A stretch of 63,040 nucleotides of DNA, filler included, from Ministeria vibrans ATCC 50519 (taxonomy: Eukaryota > Protista > Filasterea), in the NCBI GenBank assembly GCA_943704425.1. It is 10 parts of 10 records of this genome, joined end to end, with 100 filler letters (N's around TTAATTAATTAA, not from the genome) between each part and the next. Parts side by side here need not be neighbours in the genome. Positions count along the whole stretch, not along the records: positions 1 to 13,071 come from CALSCP010000927.1; positions 13,172 to 28,722 come from CALSCP010002237.1; positions 28,823 to 42,486 come from CALSCP010000945.1; 7 more parts are not named here. One strand, written 5' to 3'. Numbering within the stretch: the stretch's first letter is position 1; each line of letters opens with the position of its first letter. The translations under genes and the position numbers were made by a program. The notes under the pieces are model-generated. The model ran no database searches. It was not told the origin of the DNA and saw only the letters and a list, made by a program, of their open reading frames with translations. Positions 11,469 to 33,132 of this stretch are shown in pieces.

Positions 11469-12425
11469 TTAGAACGAGTCGGCTCGAAGAAAGAGATGGT
11501 CATCAATGGACGCGCAAAAGAGAGTTTGCTCCAAGAGCAACGCATCGGAAGGAGCGACCGAGCGATAGAGAAAGCCGCGATCGGTTGTGTGCGAGAGTAC
11601 AGGTAGATGTTCGGGAGTGAGCTGGTGGGGACAGGTGCACGGTGCAGTGGTGGGGGAAAGCAGCGCGTTGACAAGGTGGGAGAAGAGTGGTGTGTGGCGT
11701 GGGAAACATTCGCTGATGGCATTGGTGCTTGAGTCGCCTGCGACATAGGCACACACTTGGTGTTTGCGAAGGGCCACAACAATGCGATGGGGTCCGTGCT
11801 CGAGCACCCACTGGCGCCAGTAGGCATCGGTGCGTTGAAGAGGACCCACAAATCCGCGGATGCCGTTGCAGTGCAGTTGCTGAATCTGGGCCAGAACCGC
11901 CCCTTGATCGTCCACGGGGAGCGTTGACAAGTGCACAATTTGCGTGTCGCAGGGGAGTTTCGTCGAATGGGGCACTGGCAGGGCAATGCAAGAGTAGCGG
12001 ACGAGCACCCGGCGCCACCCACATCGCTCATAAAAGTCTTGAACAGGCGGCCGGCTGGCGTGGAGCGCCGCGACGCGCAGAGAGCGCCCTGTGGTCTGTT
12101 GAGCTATGTGTGCGCAGGCACGGTCCAACAGCCGACGTGCGAGGCCCTGACCGCGACACGACGCTCGTGTGCTCACGTCTCCCACCCCCCCACAGTACGC
12201 AACGTGCCTTCCCACCTGGATTTCCCGCTGGTACACGCGCAGTGTGCTGTTTAGCTGCGATGGGAGTTGGCTGTCAAATTCGCACAGAATGTCGTTGGGG
12301 CTCGCAGAGGGATCGGACGTCCACTTGCGCTCAAACACATGCCGAATGTCTCCTCGTTCCGCAAAGCACTCTGCCACAAAGTCAAGCCAAGCAGCGATCT
12401 GGCTAACGTGCAGGCTGATCTCCAT
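11469..12425 (-). CDS. Intronless GNAT acetyltransferase, Eis-like
   Basis: Acetyl-CoA motif A (GGVGDVSTRASCRGQGLARRLL) and motif B (FYERCGW). The ORF is 318 aa with a second GNAT-like half. Confidence 0.78.
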   Translation of the reverse strand: MEISLHVSQIAAWLDFVAECFAERGDIRHVFERKWTSDPSASPNDILCEFDSQLPSQLNSTLRVYQREIQVGRHVAYCGGVGDVSTRASCRGQGLARRLLDRACAHIAQQTTGRSLRVAALHASRPPVQDFYERCGWRRVLVRYSCIALPVPHSTKLPCDTQIVHLSTLPVDDQGAVLAQIQQLHCNGIRGFVGPLQRTDAYWRQWVLEHGPHRIVVALRKHQVCAYVAGDSSTNAISECFPRHTPLFSHLVNALLSPTTAPCTCPHQLTPEHLPVLSHTTDRGFLYRSVAPSDALLLEQTLFCASIDDHLFLRADSF

Positions 12426-12622
12426 AAAAGATAAATAAGTTGAAATTGACTGTTTCTCATTGATCTCTATTCGCTACGGAGACAACGGAGTTAGGACGTA
12501 GACGTACATAAGCACCTTTGCCGTCACTTGGATCAGCAAATACAATGCGTCTGAAGTGATCCTTCTCTTTGAGATCCAACTTCTTTAGGTCATCCTCTTT
12601 TTTTTCCGCACCTTAGCACACG

Positions 12623-12797
12623 ATGGAGGGTACGACACGTTGCACGCGCACGGCGAGGAGGGCATGGGGGGTGTGTGGGGGCAAGCAGTGTGCTGACGGG
12701 GGGTGTCTTGTGCCTTGCAGAGGACCAGAAGGTCAACGTTCACTTTGGCGACGACGACGACGACGACGTCGACATGTTCGCCCCCGTTTCTTCACAG
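12623..12797 (+). CDS. First two exons of an unidentified gene (MEEDQKVNVHFGDDDDDDVDMFAPVSSQ...), truncated by the contig end
   Basis: ATGGAGG|GTACGA ... TTGCAG|AGGACCAG splices in frame, followed by the donor CAG|GTGAGC. Confidence 0.45.
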
Positions 12798-13071
12798 GTG
12801 AGCCTCTGTTCCTTGCTGCTGCTGCTGCTGCTGCTTCCATCGCTCTCTTCTTCTCTTCCCTTTTTTTCTTTTTTTTTCTTTTCTGTTTTTCTGTCCTTTT
12901 GCACTTTTTCTGTTCTTCAACTTGAACGGTTTGGGGCTTTGGGGGTGCCGTGTTCTTGCGGCGTATGTATTGTCACGGCACTCTACGGTCCATGCTAGCC
13001 ATGGGCTACGCTGAAAACCAAATGCAATTTGAGTTTTCGAGTGCTTTTTTTTTTTTTTTTTTTTTTTTTTT

Positions 13072-13171
13072 NNNNNNNNNNNNNNNNNNNNNNNNNNNNN
13101 NNNNNNNNNNNNNNNTTAATTAATTAANNNNNNNNNNNNNNNNNNNNNNNNNNNNNNNNNNNNNNNNNNNN
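13072..13171. other. Artificial contig linker (N-run, TTAATTAATTAA, N-run); the same linker recurs at about 28767, 42531, 45626, 53227, 54583, 55799, 59789 and 61585
   Basis: An identical 12-mer with stops in all six frames sits between fixed-length N runs. Genes are truncated at these junctions. Confidence 0.97.
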
Positions 13172-13199
13172 GAGAGAGGAGGGAGGGAGAAAGAAGCAA

Positions 13200-13271
<72 letters not shown>

Positions 13272-13375
13272 GAACACCACACTAGAGGCGCGTACACACG
13301 CAAACGCACACACCTATATAGAAGCACACACACGCACACCGCACACACACGTCTAACGCTCTTGCATTTTTGTAG

Positions 13376-24676
<11,301 letters not shown>

Positions 24677-24849
24677 CATCAGTACAATCATTAATAATTT
24701 TCTCAATTCTATTGATTTCTTTACTCGTTGACTCTCCATATCATCCCCATGTCATCCCCTTCCTATCTCACTCTCTCGTTATCTCTTTGGCAATGACATT
24801 CTTTCCCCCTCACTTTTGCTAACAAAAACACAATAATAAAAACGGATAA

Positions 24850-27595
24850 TCAGCACTCGGTGTCGCCTTCCTCCTCCACCTCAATGCCAATAAAGCCGGC
24901 CTGAAATGTCTCCTGGTCAGTATACATGCCTATATGTTTTAATAATGGGTGCGTACCACTGTGGCGGGTGCCTCTTGTGTTGCCGATGGTGCATCTTGCG
25001 CGGGTGATGGTGCTTCTTGCACTGCTTTCTCCTCGGCGCTCGCGCTTGCGTCGGGTGCGGATGCCGCTGCGGCTTCCGGTTCCTCCTGTGCATCCTCTTC
25101 TGCGGCTTCCTCTGTCGCTGTCGTGCTGCTGTCCTCGTCATCCCCTTCTTGCTGCTGTTGTTGGTTATGTCGTTTCGTTGGCGGCCGTCGCTTGGGGCCG
25201 GCGGGGCGTGAAGTGTCGCGGCGTTGGACTGCCGCCGATGCTGACCTGGCCTGTTGCGAGCTGTCGCTGGAAGCGCCGGGCGGAAGGGTCGAAGGTGGTG
25301 GCGGGGCCTGCTGAGCAACGTCCTCGTCGTCCACGTCCATCTCTTTGACAAGAGGGACGCTGGTGGCACCTGGAGGTAGAGTGGTAGGGGGAGGGGGAGG
25401 TTGTTGGCCGGCCTCCTCGTCGTCCACGTCCATGCTGGCCACCTCTTTGACTGCCTCCTCAACCACCGCATCGGTGGTGGCCGCGTCATCACTGTGGTCG
25501 TCGTTAGTGGTGGTTGCGGACGCAAGAGGATCCTCAACCTCGACATCGAGCACTTCATCGTCCTCGTTGGTTGTGTTCTGGTTGCTGTCGTCGTCTTCGT
25601 CGTCGTCGTCGACAAAGCGGAAGGCGGCGACGTTGCCCTCGCCACTCGTGTCCATGGCGGATGCACTGGCAAAGTCAGCGACCCACCCAGACGCCTCCTT
25701 TGACTGAGTCGGGAAGCCCCAGGCACTCTGTCCGCCCTGTGAGTCGTTCCCAAAGCCAAAGGAGGTATCCATAGAGTCGCGCTGGGCGTCGCCATCGGTC
25801 GGCCAATAGGGTGAGTCGCCACTTTCGTCGGCGCTGCTGCGGCGCAGATTGCCAAAGTCAGAGCCAATGGAGAAGGCGCCGCCCGAGCCACCAAGCGCAA
25901 CGGGGTTCATGCTGAACATTCCGGGGACCATCTGCTGGGAGTCCTCGTCGATCCCAAAGTCGTCAGGCATGTTGGGTTGCATTCGGCTGTTAAGGTAGTC
26001 GGTGAAGACCAGCTCGGCGGGAGTCGGCTGGTTGTCCATGCCCTCGAAGAACTCCTCGTCGCTCTCGTCGCTGCAGTTAAGCGGACGGTGACCCCCCAGC
26101 ATCTGTGAGTTGCGTGTGTTCGCCTCGACCAGCGACGATTTGGTGAACTTGTCCCAGTCGTCGCTGAACGACCCGGCGACGTCGCGAATCTCGTCTTCCT
26201 TGGTCGCCTCGACGATCACATTGGCAATGCGCGTCAGATGGCCCATAAAGCCCAGACGCTGACCATGGATCTTGCCGGAGTACTCGTCGTTGGCCAGACT
26301 CGCGCGCACAATGCGTTCCGTCAGCTGGCACTGTTGGAAGAGAATGGTCATCAAGGGCGCACCCAGGTACGTCGTGGGCGGTCCCATGTTCTCTTCGTCG
26401 TCGTTGTTGTTGTCGTTGTCAGCACTGGTATCGTCGTCGTCTGCCTCGACCACATTTGCTGCGGCCACAATGGCGTTCGTTGCGTCCTCCGTCTCCATGT
26501 CGGCAGTGCCCTGAGACTGTGCCACGTCGGCATATGTCTTGGCTTTCTCTGCGGGTTGCTTCTTCTCCTCCGAACTCCCTTGATCGGTCATGTCTGCCGC
26601 CACCTCGTTGTTGTTGTCCGACGTGTCGACGTCCTCCGATGCATCCTTGTCGTTGTCACCAGCCTCATCGTCAGCCTTGGCCTCCTCCTCTTCCCCCTCT
26701 GCACCGCCCTTTTCTTCGTCTTCGTCTTCCTCGTCCTCATGTTCAGAGGCGCCGGTCACTTCGACTTCGGCGGCCTCCTCGGCAGCGGCAGCGGCAGCGG
26801 CCGCCTCTTCGTCAGCGGCAATGACTGCGGCCTCGTGTGCAGCGGCCTCGGCAGCCTCGGTTTGAGCAAGAGCAGCCCAGGCGGTTGCCTGAATGTGTGT
26901 CTGGACAATGGTAGTGATGACGTCCTCGACGACAGAGTGGAGAAAGTTGTTCCAAGGGTAGGCAAAGAAAAGATCGAGAATGGTGTCGAGCATCTTCTCG
27001 TTGGCGACAATCTCGTTGGCCTCAGCGACATTGGCATGAATGACGGCGGCGAGGAGACGGAGCACGCGCAAACGCAGCTGACCAAAGGGTTGCTCAAGGA
27101 CTCCAGTGGTCGTGGCAAACGGTTCGGCGTGCGGCGGGTGTGCGAGGACGGCATGGAAGTCAGCGAGACGCGTCGTGACAGTGCGCACAACCAGACTCTT
27201 GTTCACCAATGAGATGCGCTTTCGCGGCTGCTGAGGCGGACCGTCCTCCTCGTCTTCCATGGGCACCTCGACCACAGGGTCTGAGAGCAGCGAGAGCAGC
27301 AGAGCACATCCGCTGCTCAGACCAGACGGGTTCGAGTCAAACATGTGTTCCATTAGTCGCATAATGTTCACAGGGCTGCATCAAACACAATGACAGTAAA
27401 GAGGAGGGCGAGTTATATATATAAAAAGGGCAAAAAAGAGAGAAATGGTAAGCGTACTCTTCGATGGCGCTGACCATGGGATTGGGTTCGGGGTCGTCGG
27501 GGTTGGCTGCGTCGTTGCAGATGATGACAATCTCCGCCAGCGCCTGCGCTGCATTCTGGTTGACCTGTGCAATACGAGTGAGTGTTCGATTCAGT

Positions 27596-27641
<46 letters not shown>

Positions 27642-28599
27642 CGTGTCGGGTTCAGAAGCAGCAAAGCGGGCAATGAGGCGCTCCGGGAGGCGCTGTTCAA
27701 CAAGCCACTGGAGCATGTCAGCGCCCTCGGGCTCCTCCTGCGTCGCCACAATCTTCATCAAGATGTCCATGATGGCCGGTGTGCCCAGACGCACTAGGAA
27801 TTTTTCAAGCAGTTCCGGTTTCTCGCGCAGATAACCAAAAGTCTAAAACGCCATCGATGAAAATACAATAAGAGAAGCAAGGAAAGAGAGTATTGTCAAA
27901 AGTACCTCGTCTCTCTTCATGTGGATAAGGAGACCAATGATCTTGCTGAAGAAACTTGCCATAAGTGGGTTCAACTCGCCCTCCTTCAAAGAAAAAGAAA
28001 GAAGAAAGAGAGAGAAAGAAACAAATGAGTGACGAGACTACCTCCTTGTCGTTGCGTCTTACCTGATCCAAGAATCCCCATAGCATTTCTACAAGCTTTT
28101 CGTTCATACACATGACGTTGCAGATAGCAGGGACCTCCGAAGAGAGAATTTCTGCGGCAATATTCGGGTACCTTAACAAAAGAAAAACAAGAAGAAAAAT
28201 AACAACGAGTCAGTGTTTACACTCCTCACGACGTCGCATTGAGTGGTGGCCTACTTGAAACGTTCCTTCTCGTCGGCAGACTCGTCCGGGAGCAAAATTG
28301 CGTAGCGGAGAAGGCTCTCCATAGTGTCAGGCTGTGTCAAACTAGAAGAGACACCAAACCAAGAATGGGTTAGCAGCCAAGGAGGACACACACAACGAAG
28401 AGGCAGCGCATGACGAGCGCGCTGTGCTCGTGCGAGGAGGGGACGTGGACGCTCCTTACAAGTCAATGAGGCGCTGGTTGGCCGAGCGGGTGTCCTGCAG
28501 GATCTCATCCTGGTCGAGGAGCTCTTCCAGTGTGTACGCGTCGCGTTCGAGAATCAGGTCAACCGCCGACTGAGTATGAAAGCCAAATTTCCAGAACAT
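24850..28599 (-). CDS. SIT4/PP6 phosphatase regulatory subunit (SAPS domain) with a long acidic low-complexity tail
   Basis: Starts MFWKFGFHTQSAVDLIL..YTLEELLDQDEILQ. Also contains RFKYPNIAAEILS, PFGQLRLRVLRL, LDLFFAYPWNNFLH and RLGFMGHLTRIAN. The last exon (ETFQAG..DTEC*, to 24850) is inferred; the alternative is an unspliced stop at 24939. Confidence 0.92.
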
Positions 28600-28833
28600 G
28601 GCTGTGTCTCTTCGTCTTGCTCAGACACCAAAGGCAGCAACCCGTGTCACTGAGACTTCTACACCCGTGCAGACATTCGTAAGTTGACTGTGGTAAAAAT
28701 TTACGTGACATACAAAAAAAAANNNNNNNNNNNNNNNNNNNNNNNNNNNNNNNNNNNNNNNNNNNNTTAATTAATTAANNNNNNNNNNNNNNNNNNNNNN
28801 NNNNNNNNNNNNNNNNNNNNNNTTCTTTTCGTG

Positions 28834-31447
28834 ATGATCTTACAACTGGCTAGCATGCTGTGTGCATGCGTGGCGGTGCTTGCTCAGAGCAACGTGCACA
28901 ACATGGATGAGTACTTTCGATGGAAAGCTGACCGTCCCGTCGATTTGCTTCAGTCCACCTACACGGACCAAGCAATGGAGCTGCTGCGTCAACGTCGTGA
29001 TACACTGGACAGTATCACGACGGTAGACGGGTGGCGAGAGCGACAGGTGCGCCACTTCAACACACACAGAGAGAGACAGACAGACAGTGAGACTTACCGT
29101 TTCTCGTTTTCCTCTCCTCTCATTTCAGGACATTGTACGAAATGAGCTTCTCGACAACGTCTTTGCACCGCTACCTGCGACGCGCACGCCATTGAATGCC
29201 AAAGTGACTGGTGTGCACCAGGATCCACGAGGATTCCGTGTGGAGAATGTCATATTCGAATCGCGACCCAACTTTTTTGTGACCGCCTCACTGTTTGTGC
29301 CAGACAACGCAACACACAACACGCCCGCTGTGCTCTTTGCCTCGGGTCACTGGGCACTCTCGTACCGCGACCTGGACGACCAACAGATTGTTATTCTCAA
29401 CCTGGTGCGCAAAGGCATCATTGTCTTCGCTTACGATCCCCCGTCACAAGTACGAACAGCCTTAACAACGCACAAAGTTTATTGTTTGTTTGTTTGTTTG
29501 TTTCTCTGTTGCAGGGCGAGCGCGTCATGTATTTTGACCCCGCAACGAATTTGTCTGCTGTCGGTGGCTGCACCTACAACGTGAGCACCTGTGCGCCCCT
29601 CGGAGGTGGATGTACCATCGAGCACGCCTACTATGGCCGGTAGGAATCTTCCCCTTGTTATTGCATTCGTATTTATTTTTTTGCTACGACAGTCAACTGA
29701 GCCTGGTGAACATGACTGCGGCGTCGGTGTGGGTGTGGGATGGAACGCGTGCCCTAGACTACCTTGTAGGTCGTCGTGAGGTGGACGCGTCGCGCGTGGG
29801 CATGATTGGATGCAGTGGGGGCGGAACACAGAGTGCCTATCTAAGTGCAGTAGATGAGCGCATTGGACCGGCCACCATTGGCTGTTACATGTCAACGTTT
29901 GAGACAGACATGACGTGGCAAGGCGTTGCCGATGCAGAACAAGTGTGGCAAGATGGGTTTACGGGGGGGCTTGACAAGTCGGATCTCATGCAAGTGCGCG
30001 CTCCCAAAGCGACTCTGGCCCTTCTGACGACCAATGACGATTGCTTTCCGCTCCAAGGTGGACGTGATGCCTTCACCGACGCCGCGCGCATCTTTTCGGC
30101 TTTTAATGCACCGGGGAATCTCAGTCGCTCCGAGGCGGTGGGCCCGCACGGGTACACACGCGTGAACAACGAACAGGCGTACGCCTTCTTTCTGCGTCAC
30201 TTTAACATGCCCGGACATATTTCGCCCGCTGAAGAGCCCCTTGACCTGCTTCCTTGTACCGCCATGCGCATCACCTCTACCGGACAGATCACCACTAGCA
30301 TTCCCTCTGCTCTCACTGTCCACAATCTTATCCAGAACACAGCGGCGACTCTCACCGCGGCACTCACTCACCAACGCACTCAGAATCAGTCAGCCTTTCT
30401 CGCACAACTCCCCGCCACATCCGCACGCATTTCAGGTCTACGCATTCCCACCACTCTTTCTCCACGCCCCACCTTTATGGGCGCCGACAACTACAACAAT
30501 GGCAACGGCAACCATAGTAGAAGTGGTCGTCAGACGACGCTTAGGCGAACGGCCCACAGTGCGCTGTATACAGCTGATGAAGAGCATAGCCTGGTCATCA
30601 CACCGACACCGGGTGATTTTGAGCGCTGGGTGATCCCAAGCGAAGGCCATTGTGTCATCATCGCAACCCTGTACAAACCCTCGAGGACCGACGACAGTGC
30701 GCCCTTTCCCGTCTTCCTCATGTTCTCCACCTCTCGCTACCCATCCGCCCTCCAGAATGCCACCATACCACTTCTTCTTGCCCGCGGTCTTGGTGTCGTT
30801 CTTGCCAGTGTCTGTGGATGTGGACAGACGGGAAATTCCTTTGGTGAACCTCACTCTGGTGGAAGTAAGAATGAGAGGCAAGTTATATAATAATATTATT
30901 AATAATTAATTTGTTTTTATTAGCTCTTGGCGATAATTTCCCGCGATTTCTTGGACGGTCCACGCCCGGATTTCACGCTGGAGAGATGATTCGCACAGCG
31001 TTGTTTGCAGAGGCACGAACGGATGTGAGTGAAGTGCGTGCGGCAGTGTGTGAGAGTGAGCTGTGTGGGGCTCTGTTGCATGCGGCCGTGTCTGTGGTCG
31101 CGCTAGGCAACATTGGAATGGTTTCGCCTGTCGCCTCGTTTGAGATGGTGGCCACCACCGAATTCTACAATACGTCGACCTACAGTGAAATCAATCGTGT
31201 GCTGGCGTACTACGATCTTCCTGATCTCACGGCGGCACTAGCAGTGAGCGCAACACAAATGTCCCCTACCACTGTGGCACTGGTCTCGCCGGTCGATGCC
31301 ACACTCACGCCACTGTCTTCTTCGGCCTTCCACACCGTATACGAGTGGGTGGAGCGTGTCTACGATGCCCATCAGTGCCCGTTCGTCTCCGCTGTTGGTG
31401 CTCTCTCGCCCACACAAGAGGCCCAGCTTCTTCTCAAACTCATTTAA
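28834..31447 (+). CDS. Secreted alpha/beta-hydrolase of bacterial acetyl-xylan-esterase-like type (two hydrolase-like halves), 4 introns
   Basis: Hydrophobic signal peptide. TPLNAKVTG..FRVENVIFESRPNFFVTASLFVP..PAVLFASGH..YDPPSQGER; WDGTRALDYL..VD..RVGMIGCSGGGTQ (nucleophile elbow); DAEQ; DDCFP; GPHGY. Confidence 0.85.
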
Positions 31448-31556
31448 TCGTATTATTATGATAATAATAAACATGCATGCATCGTATTATTATTGTCGAA
31501 TAAAAGAGCGCAGACGGAATACACTGAGTACACCGGTCTTTTCAATTTTCAGATTT

Positions 31557-32292
31557 CTACTTGGAGAGAAGAGGGTCGCCAGCGTAGGCAAGCGACTCAA
31601 TGCCACAGTCGTTTTCGCCACGAATGATTCGGAAGTAGCCTGAGTCGCCAAAGGAGGCACCCCACGAATTCTTGATCTATTTTGTTTTTGTTTTTGTTTT
31701 TTTGTTCTTTTCAGCGTTGTGTGGATAATATTAATGTATGCGGGTGAACGTACCAGCCAGTATGGAGTGTTGGTCGTAGCGTGTGCGCCCCAACCGACAA
31801 TCTCCACAGAGTGCAGACCTTCGTAGGTTCCGTTCTGGTGCTTGTACACACCGCCCGTGCTGAAATCAAACTCTTTGAAGTCGGAGAAGACGTTAAAGGT
31901 CACGTCTACAGGTCCACGCATCACCTCGCGCATAATGGCGTCAATATGTTTGGAGGCGTCGAGAAAGTTGCCGGCATGCGTGTAGTTGGCAGCGTGATAC
32001 ATGCGCAGTGCAGATCCATCGGCACACGTCGACGGACATTTCTCGACGTGTCCCGATCCGCTGGTGTAAGGAACGCAATCCAGCGTGCTCACGCCTTTCT
32101 TCACAAGAAACGGCCATGCCCATTGCGGAAGTGACCCACAGAGGCAACTAAATAGTGAAACACAAACAAAAACACAATCGTTGAATTTCTCGTACAATAG
32201 AGACAGAGACAGTATTAATATTATTATACTCATAATTAATTAATTATTATAGTCTTGTTTTAACATTTGAGCACAGCTCCCAATTCTCTACT

Positions 32293-32337
<45 letters not shown>

Positions 32338-32371
32338 ATGAAGGTTGCTTGTCAAACAAAGTAGTTCTCTT

Positions 32372-32465
<94 letters not shown>

Positions 32466-32862
32466 CCGAGATTCAGACGCTCGCAGCTCAACAAATCTTG
32501 AGGACTCAGCGTCACATTGACCCCGTGAAAGATACAGAACCTAGGAGAGGGGCAGGAGGGAGGAGGAGCGGCACACAAAGCTCAGGGGACAACCGCCACA
32601 CGAAATGTCTCTTTTCCTACCGATCCGACAGAACTTCCGTCGCAGCAAAGCTCCAGCATGAGCCGCAATGGCCTTGGTCCAGCACCGGATGGATGCAACC
32701 GGGCCACTGGACGCGGGCGTCAAAGGAGAGGGGTAAGTCGATGCCGATCCTTTGAGGCGGTAAGGGCGTCTCAGACACCGCAGGCTGGACCATGACCTGG
32801 TAGGAGACGGTGGGCGGGACCAGGGTAAGGGCTGCGAGGATGACGGCGGTGAAGTAGAACAT
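31557..32862 (-). CDS. Papain-family (C1A) cathepsin B-like cysteine protease, 4 exons
   Basis: Signal peptide; [30 protein letters not shown] (catalytic Cys); LSPQDLLSC; [11 protein letters not shown] (His); YWLIKNSWG (Asn); [16 protein letters not shown]. Confidence 0.92.
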
Positions 32863-33132
32863 TTGGAAATTAAATTGACTGATCACAGAACATTCATAAT
32901 TCACAATTCACAGATCTCTCACAAACAAACCACGACTGCAATACAATATAATATAATTTCAACGCAAAACACTTTCAGCAAGCAAATTAGCAGCGCGCAA
33001 CACAATGCTCTGTAGAATGTAGATCACTAGACAGGATTTAATTCTATCATACTGAGCATGAGGAAGACGTTCAGTCTTCTTTGACAGGAGTGTATGTGAA
33101 AGTCAACAAAAGATGCGCTGTAAGTTAACGTG

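Noticed and set aside
13116-13127. Recurrent palindromic TTAATTAATTAA
   Set aside because: It is always centred in N runs and has stops in all six frames, so it is an artificial contig spacer.
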